A stretch of 61,238 bases of DNA from Limisphaerales bacterium (GTDB lineage: Bacteria > Verrucomicrobiota > Verrucomicrobiia > Limisphaerales > JAJOIW01). Below are positions 10,174-20,198 of the stretch, piece by piece. Made by a program: the position numbers and the translations under genes. Each line of letters opens with the position of its first letter. Within the stretch, counting starts at the first letter, position 1. The DNA is taken from assembly GCA_965657355.1 (NCBI GenBank), contig CBFHOE010000004.1, positions 246,055 to 307,292 on the forward strand. Reading direction: 5' to 3'. Under the pieces are notes generated by a model, which saw only the letters and a list, made by a program, of their open reading frames with translations, was not told where the DNA came from and searched no databases.

Positions 10174-12978
10174 TTATTCCATGAATTGAAATTCATTACT
10201 GAGTAATAAAGCCTGCGTGATTTCGATCAAAAGATCCCGAAATCTTTTATCGTATAGGCTTGCTTTAAAATCATCATAATCGGTGAAATATTTCAGTAAC
10301 AATTTAAGTTCATCCGTATCGGGTTGGCGCAATAAAATACGTCTATATATATCAGATAAAATACTTTGCAAATTTGGTAAGTCCTGGCTCAAACTTCTTT
10401 CAACAATTGATTGGGAATGATGTAACATAAATGGGCTATTCAGAAGGAAAAGTGTTTGCTGTGGAACCGTTGTGTCGGACCTTCTGGGTGCTGAAATGTC
10501 AGGACTTGGAAAATCAAATGTCATAAATACATCCGCCAGATTTTCTCTGTCTACAAAACTATAAACAGTTCTCCTATTATTGTTCAGGTGATCTGGAGGC
10601 TTAATGACCGGTATGCCTCCCATTTTTAAGTCAAGAAGACCGCTTAATTTCAAGATGGAATCACGCATTGTTTCAAAATCCAGGCGTTGAATTTTTCTTC
10701 TCCATATGAATCTATTGTCTGGGTCGACGTTTTGGTTAGTGGTCGAAATTTTTGAGGATTGTTGCCATGCATTCGAAGCGATTATAAATTTGTGGAGCCT
10801 TTTTAGGGACCAATCATTTTGAATAAACCACCGAGCCAAGTAATCGAGTAAGCCTGGATGTGAAGGCGCCTCGCTTTGCATACCAAAATCGCTTGGTGTT
10901 TTGACAAGGCCCTGGCCAAAGTGCCATTCCCAAACTCTATTGACAATGACCCTTGCCGTCAGTGGATTTTGAGGGTGAGAAATAGCCAGTGCCAGCTCCT
11001 TTCTTCCACTGCCCTGGTTGATATTATATGGCTTTGTGCCTGAGATCCACTTTGGGATGATTGGTGGAACTGTTTTACCCTCTAAATGCCTATCTCCTCT
11101 TTTATAGATAAATTGCGATGTTTTTTCAGTCTCTGGTCGATCAAGCATGACCATTGCTCTCGGTGATGAGTCTTCCCACTTTTCTAAGTATGCCCTCTCG
11201 ATTTCTGCAAAATTTCGTCTGCTACTTGAACTCTCATCCAAAAGGTAAATATCCTCTGATTCATCTATAGAAACTAAGGATGGTGAAGATGGTCCTTTGA
11301 AGAATTTCAGTATTTGATCCATACCCGGGTCCCCGGTTAAAAAACCTTCCGAATTTATCGGCGATTGGGCCTCTGATTTTTCAAAAGCAGTTTGAAAAGC
11401 TTGTCCATATACTTTTGAAACCATTGCCATGTTTTTGATTCCACCTGGCCTTTTAGATGCGATTTCAATGATGTGTCGATTGTGCCAATCTGTGTGAGAT
11501 AATTCTTCTATTATTTCATTTATACTTTCTTCAAACTTATTTTTCGGTAAGTTCCAGGCTCTGTACCAAAGGCCAAAAATTCTATGGTTTTTATTAATGG
11601 AATTGAGAAACTTTTGCCATCTTACGACTCCGCCATCTGAATAAGCTGATTTAACACGAATTAATCCACGCTCTGTGATGTGCTCAGGTTGCGGTTTAGT
11701 TCTGTGTTCGGGGCTGGTTTGAACGATGTAATTAAGATAATCTCCAGACCATTTACTCAAGGCGACAGAAATTTGCTTGTGTAATTTGTTCCTGAACTCG
11801 TGGTAGTTTTTTGCTTTTTCTTTCGCTTCTTTTTGTTGGGGGTCAATTGGGTGGGGATTTAATATCGGGAGTAAGTCTGGGGTGGGTTCAAAGCTGTTTT
11901 TGAAGACGCCGAATAGTGAGTAATAATCGGCTGTTGAAATAGGGTCAAACTTATGATCGTGGCATCGAGCACAGGAAGCAGAGAGGCCAAGGAATCCTCT
12001 GGTTACAACATCAATGCGGTCATCTATGATTTCATCATAGAAAAAGTTAAATCGGTGTCCGACGGTCAGAAACCCAAGTGCTGCTAGAGAGGGGGCGCTA
12101 TTACTTTTTACAAATTTATCTGCGGCTATTTGTTCACGAATAAATTTGTTAAAAGGAAGGTCAAAGTTAAATGCATTTATGACGTAATCTCTGTATGTGT
12201 AAGCGAACGGGTATTTTATTTCTCCAGCGTCTACATACCCTTTGGCATCAGAATACCGGGCGACATCCAACCAATGGCGTGCCCATTTTTCTCCATACGC
12301 GGGTTGGCTTAACAAATAATTCGTTATTGATTCTAGTTTATTTTTATTCCAGTTGGCTAAAGATGTTTGCAGTTCCTTTGGTGATGGGTGAAGACCCGTT
12401 AGGGTTAGGTATAGTCTTCTTATTAATGTGCTTGGCTCAGCTTTTTCAGATGGAGTCATTCCTTTCGTTGATAACTTTCTGAAGATGAACTTATCGATTG
12501 GATGAGTATTCCATTCTGCATTGTTCACATCAGGCGGGGAAACTGACCGAATAGGCTGAAAAGCCCAATGTGAAATTTTATCTTTGGAGCTGCGTTTTTT
12601 GTTTCGTGAATAATCTGGCCAATGAGCTCCAGTTTGAACCCAAGTTGAAAGAACGGAGTATTGGCTTTTTTCTAATGAGTGATAGCCATTCGCATGGTTA
12701 TTTTTTTTAACCTCAATAACTTTAAGTATGAGATTTATTCTTGTTTGCGGGTTTGTTTTAAAATGTATTGCAGAATCCAAACGAAACCCATTAGCTGCGT
12801 CCTCTCCTTCGTGGCAGCTTTTGCAATTTGCAGAAATAGTCGGCCTTACTTTTGTCTCAAAAAAACGATTGCCGTCCAATTGATTTTCATTCGAAAAGGC
12901 ATGGGTTAGTAGGGGAGTGAATGGTGAAAAAAAAACTAATGAAAACCCATGCCGAAATAGATATTTTATAAGGTTCAT
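10174..12978 (-). CDS. PSCyt1/DUF1549/DUF1553 planctomycete cytochrome c domain protein
   Basis: CKSCH and CARCHDHKFDP haem motifs; HWAFQP, YGEKWARHWLDVARYSD, NPLTARVIVNRVW, PSHPGLLDYLA. Confidence 0.93.
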   Translation of the reverse strand: MNLIKYLFRHGFSLVFFSPFTPLLTHAFSNENQLDGNRFFETKVRPTISANCKSCHEGEDAANGFRLDSAIHFKTNPQTRINLILKVIEVKKNNHANGYHSLEKSQYSVLSTWVQTGAHWPDYSRNKKRSSKDKISHWAFQPIRSVSPPDVNNAEWNTHPIDKFIFRKLSTKGMTPSEKAEPSTLIRRLYLTLTGLHPSPKELQTSLANWNKNKLESITNYLLSQPAYGEKWARHWLDVARYSDAKGYVDAGEIKYPFAYTYRDYVINAFNFDLPFNKFIREQIAADKFVKSNSAPSLAALGFLTVGHRFNFFYDEIIDDRIDVVTRGFLGLSASCARCHDHKFDPISTADYYSLFGVFKNSFEPTPDLLPILNPHPIDPQQKEAKEKAKNYHEFRNKLHKQISVALSKWSGDYLNYIVQTSPEHRTKPQPEHITERGLIRVKSAYSDGGVVRWQKFLNSINKNHRIFGLWYRAWNLPKNKFEESINEIIEELSHTDWHNRHIIEIASKRPGGIKNMAMVSKVYGQAFQTAFEKSEAQSPINSEGFLTGDPGMDQILKFFKGPSSPSLVSIDESEDIYLLDESSSSRRNFAEIERAYLEKWEDSSPRAMVMLDRPETEKTSQFIYKRGDRHLEGKTVPPIIPKWISGTKPYNINQGSGRKELALAISHPQNPLTARVIVNRVWEWHFGQGLVKTPSDFGMQSEAPSHPGLLDYLARWFIQNDWSLKRLHKFIIASNAWQQSSKISTTNQNVDPDNRFIWRRKIQRLDFETMRDSILKLSGLLDLKMGGIPVIKPPDHLNNNRRTVYSFVDRENLADVFMTFDFPSPDISAPRRSDTTVPQQTLFLLNSPFMLHHSQSIVERSLSQDLPNLQSILSDIYRRILLRQPDTDELKLLLKYFTDYDDFKASLYDKRFRDLLIEITQALLLSNEFQFME

Positions 12979-13001
12979 TAATTACACAAGGGATTGTAGA
13001 A

Positions 13002-14681
13002 TTATTCGGTAATAGTGAATTCAATTGAACCTAATTCACCGTAGTCAGCTTTAAATTGGCCGGGTGACACGGGTTGGATTTTTCCCAGTGCCCCTGTGAT
13101 GATGATTTGCCCCGCCTTTATTGTGTATCCTCGGCTCAAAGCGTGATTAATCTGGTGGATAAGGTTTGCCCATTGACCTTGATAAGCATCATCGCTTTTG
13201 GGCGAATTTATAATTTTACCATTTTTTTTCAATATTATTTCTATTTGATCTGGGTCCACATCTCCAACGGGTATTCCCTCTCCGACAATATATTTATATG
13301 AACCAAAATTCCTTGTAATTTGATCTTTAATTCCGCCTCCGCCTTTCGGGGACAAGCCCCCTGGGAGTTCAACGACAGGAACAATTTTCTCTACAAGTTT
13401 TTTCACTCTGTGGACATTCTCAAGGGGTTGGTTAACGTCAGAGCCCATAATAAATCCAATTTCGTTTTCAACCATCATAGCGCCTTCTTTTCTTAATGAT
13501 AATTCGAGTTTTCCCTTTGATCTTAAATATCCGGACTTATAAAGAATAGCCGAAGCTGGTCCATTTAAGCTTAATGAGTCTTGTGCTTTTTTAGTAGCGA
13601 CAGCGCCCTTAAAGCCGGCGATCTCTTCTCCATCTTTGCTAATAAATTGAGCAACCAGTGTTTTTTGGATCGCATAGGCATCATTCATATTAGGCTGGTA
13701 TTTTTTCCTTTCCAAGAGGGGGAGAGTGATACCAGCTTTGAACTTTGCGTATAGTTCTTTTGCATAAGAATCGATATATGGAGCTGACCTCGGCAGTAAA
13801 TTAGCATGTTGCATCCACTCGGTGCATCTTTCAGGCCATTTTGTAACCGGATTTTTCGTTTTCCTTAACCCATACCCGTGTCCCCCACTTGGGTAAATAT
13901 GTAGTCCAGCATGGACTCCTTTTTTTCTTAACTCAGAATACCCAATGATACTGTTGGTTGCAGAAACGCCATCATCTGAAGCATGAACAAAAAACATTGG
14001 CGGGGTGGATTTTGTAATTTTAAAATGATCCATTAAAGTACCCGTTTCTTTGTTTTCCAAATAAGCCGGATATATAAGTATGGCAAAATTTGGAAGACAG
14101 GATTCCTTATCAATAATGTCTTTGGCTTCATAAATTCGTTCCTCTTTGTTGCAGGCAGAGTGAAATGCCAAGTTACCTCCGGCGCTAAAGCCGAGTACTC
14201 CAATTCGCTCTGGATCATATTTTGGTGATTTTTTTGCCCTAGACCTTACGATTGAAAGAGTCCTCTGAGCATCCTGTAGAGGCTGGAACCAAGGTTTTTC
14301 ATCAATTCTTCTAGGTACTCTATATTTTAAAATATAAGCAGAGACCCCGATTGAGTTGAGCCATTCGGCAACTTCCGTGCCTTCAAGGTCCCAAGCTAAG
14401 ATGTGGTATCCACCTCCAGGGAAAATAACAACTGAAGTGCCATTGGCTTTATTCTCTGGGGCGGGGTAGTAATGAAGCTCTGGTGATGTTACATTTGTAA
14501 TCCTGCTGACTCTCCTGCCAGCAACCATACCATCATTAGGTTTTGTTCGGTCATGCTCCTTTCCAAATACTCCAAGTTCATCAGGTGGAGTCCCAGGCCA
14601 AATTTTGATGACTTCACTCTGGCAAAAGGCATTTGCAGGAAGTAGATAAATTATCAAAAGTATGAGTCCGAATATTTTCAA
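13002..14681 (-). CDS. Secreted alpha/beta hydrolase fused to a 2-keto-4-pentenoate hydratase (FAH/MhpD)-like domain
   Basis: Signal peptide; FPGGGY, GFSAGG, DDGV, GGHGYG; C-terminal DAYAIQ, AGFKGA, VENEIGF, VVELP, IIITGALG; TTG start. Confidence 0.8.
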   Translation of the reverse strand: MKIFGLILLIIYLLPANAFCQSEVIKIWPGTPPDELGVFGKEHDRTKPNDGMVAGRRVSRITNVTSPELHYYPAPENKANGTSVVIFPGGGYHILAWDLEGTEVAEWLNSIGVSAYILKYRVPRRIDEKPWFQPLQDAQRTLSIVRSRAKKSPKYDPERIGVLGFSAGGNLAFHSACNKEERIYEAKDIIDKESCLPNFAILIYPAYLENKETGTLMDHFKITKSTPPMFFVHASDDGVSATNSIIGYSELRKKGVHAGLHIYPSGGHGYGLRKTKNPVTKWPERCTEWMQHANLLPRSAPYIDSYAKELYAKFKAGITLPLLERKKYQPNMNDAYAIQKTLVAQFISKDGEEIAGFKGAVATKKAQDSLSLNGPASAILYKSGYLRSKGKLELSLRKEGAMMVENEIGFIMGSDVNQPLENVHRVKKLVEKIVPVVELPGGLSPKGGGGIKDQITRNFGSYKYIVGEGIPVGDVDPDQIEIILKKNGKIINSPKSDDAYQGQWANLIHQINHALSRGYTIKAGQIIITGALGKIQPVSPGQFKADYGELGSIEFTITE

Positions 14682-14702
14682 AATAATTATTTGTAAAGGG
14701 TT

Positions 14703-16052
14703 TTAGTTGAGTGGTGTGACTGTTATTTCATGGGTAACTGGAATAAAAGATTCCTCAATGGACTTCACAAATTTTTCCCTGACTTTCTCTGTTAATTCAA
14801 CAACAACAGCGGGTTCATACTGGAATTCTTGGCCATGAAAGAGCTGCTTGATTTGTCTTGTTTCATATTGTTGTTTTCTGAGGACTGCTGAATCCACCTT
14901 ACGAAAGGCATCTAAAAATGGATTCTCGACAAAATCATTGGCTAGGTTGATTCCATTCTTTAATTCATCTGACTTATATGATTTTGTCTGCCCTCCCCAA
15001 GTTATGGCATATTCTTTTGACGATCCGCCGCGAACAGAAAGACGAAATCTATTGAGTTCTTTATTAAACGGTACTAATGTCATACCCGATCTGATTGAAT
15101 TGTCTTTGTCCATCGGGCCCGTCGCGCAAAATGGATATCGAGTGCTTCTTATGCTAATTGTTCCATCTGAATATCCTAGCACTTTGTGTCCACGTGATGC
15201 CTTTGCTTGTTCTTTTTTCAAGTTCAAATGAATTGTCCCTATGTTTCCATCCAAACCCAGTGATTTTAAAAAGGTATACGCCATAACAAGCTGTCCTGAC
15301 CATTCAGGATGGACCCCGTCTTTTCCTGGCACAGCGTAATCGGTTCCATATTTTTTCCCTGCTAAATGGGAGGCCTTCAACATATTCCAAAATACATCGG
15401 CGAATGGGAGATCCATTTTTTTGGCCAGCATGACATCAATATTTCTCAGTGTTGCCAGGTTCTGATTAAGTTGTGTCAGTGTGTAAGCATCAGAATTTGT
15501 CCAACCGGGCACCTTACCCACACACCCCGGCGAACCGAGAATGACCTTACTGCCTGCTGTTTTGAGCCTTTCAACAACCTGGCTGTAATTATTCAAATAC
15601 CAATTGCCATTTTCCTGCGTATATGTGCGATAACGATGATCATTCATTCCATAACAAAGGGTGGCAAGGGTAGGCTTGAATCTAAGGCAGTCAGATTCCA
15701 TTCTTTTGAGAAAACCGGCCGCTGTCTCTCCACTCCAACCAAATTGTCGCACACCGATTTCAAGTTCAGGAACGCAAACAGTGAGGTATGTTTCCATTAT
15801 CCGAGAATACATTTTCTGCTCGGTAATAGAGTCTCCTATGATGGCTAGTCGGTCTCCTTTTTCGATTTTTGAACCCGGTATTTTTGGGGCCTTCAAAAGA
15901 TTGAAATTATGAAATGCTTCGTTATTCGATCCTGGTTCCAAATCCCCTTGAATATCATTTGGGGTAGATGGAACATCCACTAAATCTGCTGAAGATAAGA
16001 AGCAACAACTCAGGGCATAAATGCAGCCCAAGGCAATGAGGCGGAGATTCAT
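14703..16052 (-). CDS. Secreted SGNH/GDSL hydrolase
   Basis: Signal peptide from ATG 16052; IGDSITE, GWSGET, YGMND, DGVHP. Confidence 0.88.
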   Translation of the reverse strand: MNLRLIALGCIYALSCCFLSSADLVDVPSTPNDIQGDLEPGSNNEAFHNFNLLKAPKIPGSKIEKGDRLAIIGDSITEQKMYSRIMETYLTVCVPELEIGVRQFGWSGETAAGFLKRMESDCLRFKPTLATLCYGMNDHRYRTYTQENGNWYLNNYSQVVERLKTAGSKVILGSPGCVGKVPGWTNSDAYTLTQLNQNLATLRNIDVMLAKKMDLPFADVFWNMLKASHLAGKKYGTDYAVPGKDGVHPEWSGQLVMAYTFLKSLGLDGNIGTIHLNLKKEQAKASRGHKVLGYSDGTISIRSTRYPFCATGPMDKDNSIRSGMTLVPFNKELNRFRLSVRGGSSKEYAITWGGQTKSYKSDELKNGINLANDFVENPFLDAFRKVDSAVLRKQQYETRQIKQLFHGQEFQYEPAVVVELTEKVREKFVKSIEESFIPVTHEITVTPLN

Positions 16053-16170
16053 GAGAGTGATTCTGAAAGAGCAATGGATTTGCGTCAAGAGTCAGAGCAA
16101 ATATTTCTCAAGGCAGGTCATTGTTGTGATCTATCTTGTGAGAAATCCTATACTATGTCACATTTTTCTC

Positions 16171-17883
16171 ATGTTTTGGCTTTTTGAAAGAATTATATTG
16201 CTTACGGGGATATTGAGCATTGGCTGTTTTTCTAAAGGAATTGAGCAGGAGGCATCCAGACCCAATATCATTCTGATCATGGCAGATGACATGGGCTACA
16301 CCGACATCGGTTGCTACGGAAGTGAGATAAAGACACCTGAGCTGGACCAGTTAGCGGAAAATGGCGTGAGGTTTACCCAATTTTACAATACCTCTCGTTG
16401 TTGCCCAACGCGTGCCGCCTTGTTGACAGGACTTTACTCCCATCAAGCCGGGATAGGACTGATGACCGGGGATCGTGGTTATGAATCGTACAGGGGTGAT
16501 CTCAATAATCAATGCGTCACTCTAGCCGAAGCCCTCGGCCGAGGTGGATATAAGAATTACATGTCAGGGAAGTGGCATGTGACAAAGCATACGCGCCCGA
16601 TCGGACCGAAACACAATTGGCCATTACAAAGAGGCTTCGATAAGTTCTATGGAACCATCATTGGTGCTGGGAGTTTTTTTGATCCGGCTACTCTTTGCAG
16701 AGGGAATACCTTTATTACTCCCGAAAATGATTCAGAATACAACCCTAAGGTCTTTTACTACACCGATGCGATTTCAGACAACGCTATTAAATTTTTAAAC
16801 GAACATTACGAAACCGAAAAAGCTGATCCATTTTTCCTTTACGTTTCCTACACTTCAGCCCATTGGCCTATGCATGCACTGGAAGGAGATATAAAGAAGT
16901 ATGAAGGCGTTTATGATGATGGTTTCCATTCGATAAGAAAGGAGCGTTTAAAGAATTCGCAGGATAAAGGTGTCATCGATTCGTCTTGGAAAATGTCACC
17001 TCCTGCTGTGCAATGGGAACAGGTAAAACATAAGCGGTGGGATGTGAAAAATATGGAAGTCTACGCGGCTATGGTGGATCGCATGGATCAAGGGATAGGA
17101 AACATTATAGATGTCGTTAAAAAAAATAATGAATTTGAAAATACAATAATTGTTTATCTCCAAGATAACGGAGGTTGCTCAGAGGCATTTGGCCGAGCTT
17201 CAAATGCTCAAAAATTAGAATCATTTAATTATAAGCCTTTGGGTAAGGACGGGCTTCAGACGAAAATTTGGCCAGAAATGCAAACCCGGGATGGTCGGCC
17301 TGTTCGCACTGGTCCAGATGCCATGCCTGGACCTGAAGACACTTTTACTGCTTATGGTCTCGGTTGGGCTAATGTTTCCAATACTCCATTTAGAGGTTAC
17401 AAGCACTATGGCCTTGAAGGAGGAATTAGTACGCCTTTCATTTTTCATTGGCCAAAAGGGGTGCCAAGCTCAAATAAAAATAAAATAGTTAACGAAGTGG
17501 CACATTTAATAGATGTGATGCCAACATTTCTCGATGCCGCAGGAGTGTCCTACCCCAAGCATTTCAAAGGTGAAAAGATTAAAGCCAAAGAGGGTTTGAG
17601 CTTGTTGCCAGCAATAAGAGGGGCTGAACTATTGAGAGCTAATCCGCTTGGTTTTGAACATCACGGGAATTTAGCTCTAAGAGACGGACGCTGGAAAATT
17701 GTCAGTAATTATCAGAGAAATGCACCAAGGACATGGGAGTTGTATGATATGGAGGCAGATCGAACCGAGCTTAATGATCTCGCAAGTAAGATGCCAGATA
17801 AGCTCTCACAGATGGTTGCCCAATATAAAAGTTGGGCACGTAAGGTAGGTGCCATCGACTGGCCTTTTGAAAATAAAAAGTAA
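16171..17883 (+). CDS. Arylsulfatase (Cys-type, formylglycine-dependent)
   Basis: PNIILIMADDMG, CCPTRAALLTG (CxPxR), GKWH, QDNG, EGGISTP; ATG 16171 gives a plausible signal peptide (ORF open from 16021). Confidence 0.93.
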   Translation: MFWLFERIILLTGILSIGCFSKGIEQEASRPNIILIMADDMGYTDIGCYGSEIKTPELDQLAENGVRFTQFYNTSRCCPTRAALLTGLYSHQAGIGLMTGDRGYESYRGDLNNQCVTLAEALGRGGYKNYMSGKWHVTKHTRPIGPKHNWPLQRGFDKFYGTIIGAGSFFDPATLCRGNTFITPENDSEYNPKVFYYTDAISDNAIKFLNEHYETEKADPFFLYVSYTSAHWPMHALEGDIKKYEGVYDDGFHSIRKERLKNSQDKGVIDSSWKMSPPAVQWEQVKHKRWDVKNMEVYAAMVDRMDQGIGNIIDVVKKNNEFENTIIVYLQDNGGCSEAFGRASNAQKLESFNYKPLGKDGLQTKIWPEMQTRDGRPVRTGPDAMPGPEDTFTAYGLGWANVSNTPFRGYKHYGLEGGISTPFIFHWPKGVPSSNKNKIVNEVAHLIDVMPTFLDAAGVSYPKHFKGEKIKAKEGLSLLPAIRGAELLRANPLGFEHHGNLALRDGRWKIVSNYQRNAPRTWELYDMEADRTELNDLASKMPDKLSQMVAQYKSWARKVGAIDWPFENKK

Positions 17884-17911
17884 TTTAAAATCCCAGATTC
17901 TGAAGCGTCTT

Positions 17912-20182
17912 ATGATTGTGTGTTTGAGATTTAAATATTTTGTGATCGGAGTGATTTTAACCGCAATTTTGCTCCCGTTGCACTCTGATTCAGCTGAAAA
18001 AATACAGGATAAAGTCTCATTTGCTTCGGATATACGGCCCATACTGAGCGACAATTGTATCAGGTGCCATGGTGGTGTCAGAAAAAAAGCGGGATTAACT
18101 TTTTTGTCGAAATCGATTTCACAAGGAAAATTGAAATCAGGGAAAATCGCTATTGTTCCTGGAAATATTGAAAAGAGTGAGCTCCTGCATAGGGTCGTCA
18201 CTACTAACCTTGATGAGAAAATGCCACCTGAAGGTGAATTAACTCAAAAAGAAATTGATCTAATCAGGTTGTGGATAGCACAAGGCGCTGCATGGGATGA
18301 CCATTGGAGCTTCATTAAACCACAGGGAACAAAACATGATTTTCAAAATAATCCAGAAAAATTCACAAATCCCATTGACCATTTTGTTTGGAAAAGACTA
18401 TCAGGGCGCGAGTGGGAGATGTCTCCTGAAGCGGACGTAGAGACACTCATTAGGCGCCTGTTTATTGATGTTATCGGTTTAAATCCCAGTGAAAAAGAAT
18501 ACAGTAACTTTTTATCAAATTGGAATGAGCATTCCTATGAGGAACTTGTTGATAGGTTGCTAGAATCTCCCAATTACGGTGAACGATGGGCTCGATTTTG
18601 GCTGGACCAGGCGCGATACGCCGACTCGGATGGCTACGAAAAAGACCGATCACGGCCCAATGCATGGCGTTACAGGGAATGGGTTATCAATGCTATTAAT
18701 GAAGACATGCCTTTTGACGAATTTACGAGGCTTCAACTTGCGGGCGATATCATATATCACCGAAGTTCCGAAGAAAATCGTAATAAAGAAATGTTGGTGG
18801 CGTCTGCATTTCATCGTCAGACACTTTTTAACACTGAAGGAGGGATTGATAAGGAAGAGGATCGTGTAAAAAGGGTTGTAGATCGAATCATTACGACCTC
18901 TCAAATATGGACAGGTCTGACAATCGGATGTGCTCAATGCCATGACCATCCATATGATCCTATATCTCAAAAAGAGTTTTATCAGTTATTTGCTTTCTTC
19001 AATAACGACACCGAGCCTAGAACCAAAGTTCCTGTTATTTATAATTCGGAGACCGATGATAAAAGTCAGTTAATGGATGCGGACATTATGGGGATGCTTG
19101 AAAAGGATAAAATGAGGCAAACATTTATTTTTCATAGGGGCGATTTCCAGCAACCTAAGAAAGATGCGGGAGTCGTTAATTCAAGAACTCCCGAAATTTT
19201 TGGCCCGATCAAGAGTTCTGAAGAAAATTTGAATCGACTGGATTTGGCCAATCAATTGCTCAGTGAGGAGAACCCATTAACTGCGCGGGTGACGGTAAAT
19301 AATGTATGGCAAAAATTATTCGGTCGTGGACTTAACCCAACATTGGATGACTGGGGTTCTCGCGGGGCTTCGCCTTCTCATCCAGAACTATTAGACTGGC
19401 TCGCATTGGAGTTCAGAGAAAATGGCTGGAGCAGAAAATGGCTGATCAAAACCATATTGATGTCAAAGACATACCGGCAGTCAAGCCACCATCGAATAGA
19501 ATACGAGGAGGTTGATCCGAAAAATAATCTCCTTTTTCGCCAAAATAGAGTCCGATTAGACGCCGAGCTCATACGGGACATATTTTTACAAGTGGCAGGT
19601 TTGCTTGACCGAAAAGTTGGAGGGCCTAGCGTTTTCCCTCCTTTACCTCCAGATGTCGCTGCTCAAAGCTATGCAAATAATTTTAAATGGGTAACCTCGA
19701 AAAATGGCAATCAATACCGTAGGGGAATATATACTTTCTTTAAAAGAACAGCTCCTCACCCCAATCTGATTCTTTTTGATTGCACTGATTCCAATGCAAC
19801 AAACAGCCAACGAATGGTCTCAAATACCCCTTTGCAAGCCCTTGCTACGCTGCAAAACCAAGTTTTTATGGAAGCCTCTCGGTATTTTGGTCTCAGACTT
19901 TTCAACTTCAATACCCAAAGCGGATCAAGCAGATCTGAAACCATAAATTTTGGATTCAAAGTCTCATTATCACGACCAGCTAGCATCCAGACTGAGATCC
20001 CAACAATTGAGAATTTATTTCAAAAAGCTCAAGCATTTTATTCAGAGAATCCAGAAATGGCCGCAAAACTTTGCGGCCAAATCGGTGAGAGGGCCCACAC
20101 TAATGGCAATGCAGATCTTGCATCATGGATTGTTGTGGCTCGAGCGATTTTAAACTTGGATGAGGTGATTAATAAAAACTGA
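17912..20182 (+). CDS. PSCyt1/DUF1549/DUF1553 planctomycete cytochrome c domain protein
   Basis: CIRCH and CAQCHDHPYDP; YGERWARFWLDQARYADS, NPLTARVTVN, PSHPELLDWLA, NTPLQAL; ATG 17912 (ORF open from 17849). Confidence 0.93.
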   Translation: MIVCLRFKYFVIGVILTAILLPLHSDSAEKIQDKVSFASDIRPILSDNCIRCHGGVRKKAGLTFLSKSISQGKLKSGKIAIVPGNIEKSELLHRVVTTNLDEKMPPEGELTQKEIDLIRLWIAQGAAWDDHWSFIKPQGTKHDFQNNPEKFTNPIDHFVWKRLSGREWEMSPEADVETLIRRLFIDVIGLNPSEKEYSNFLSNWNEHSYEELVDRLLESPNYGERWARFWLDQARYADSDGYEKDRSRPNAWRYREWVINAINEDMPFDEFTRLQLAGDIIYHRSSEENRNKEMLVASAFHRQTLFNTEGGIDKEEDRVKRVVDRIITTSQIWTGLTIGCAQCHDHPYDPISQKEFYQLFAFFNNDTEPRTKVPVIYNSETDDKSQLMDADIMGMLEKDKMRQTFIFHRGDFQQPKKDAGVVNSRTPEIFGPIKSSEENLNRLDLANQLLSEENPLTARVTVNNVWQKLFGRGLNPTLDDWGSRGASPSHPELLDWLALEFRENGWSRKWLIKTILMSKTYRQSSHHRIEYEEVDPKNNLLFRQNRVRLDAELIRDIFLQVAGLLDRKVGGPSVFPPLPPDVAAQSYANNFKWVTSKNGNQYRRGIYTFFKRTAPHPNLILFDCTDSNATNSQRMVSNTPLQALATLQNQVFMEASRYFGLRLFNFNTQSGSSRSETINFGFKVSLSRPASIQTEIPTIENLFQKAQAFYSENPEMAAKLCGQIGERAHTNGNADLASWIVVARAILNLDEVINKN

Positions 20183-20198
20183 TATGAGGAACTAAAGT

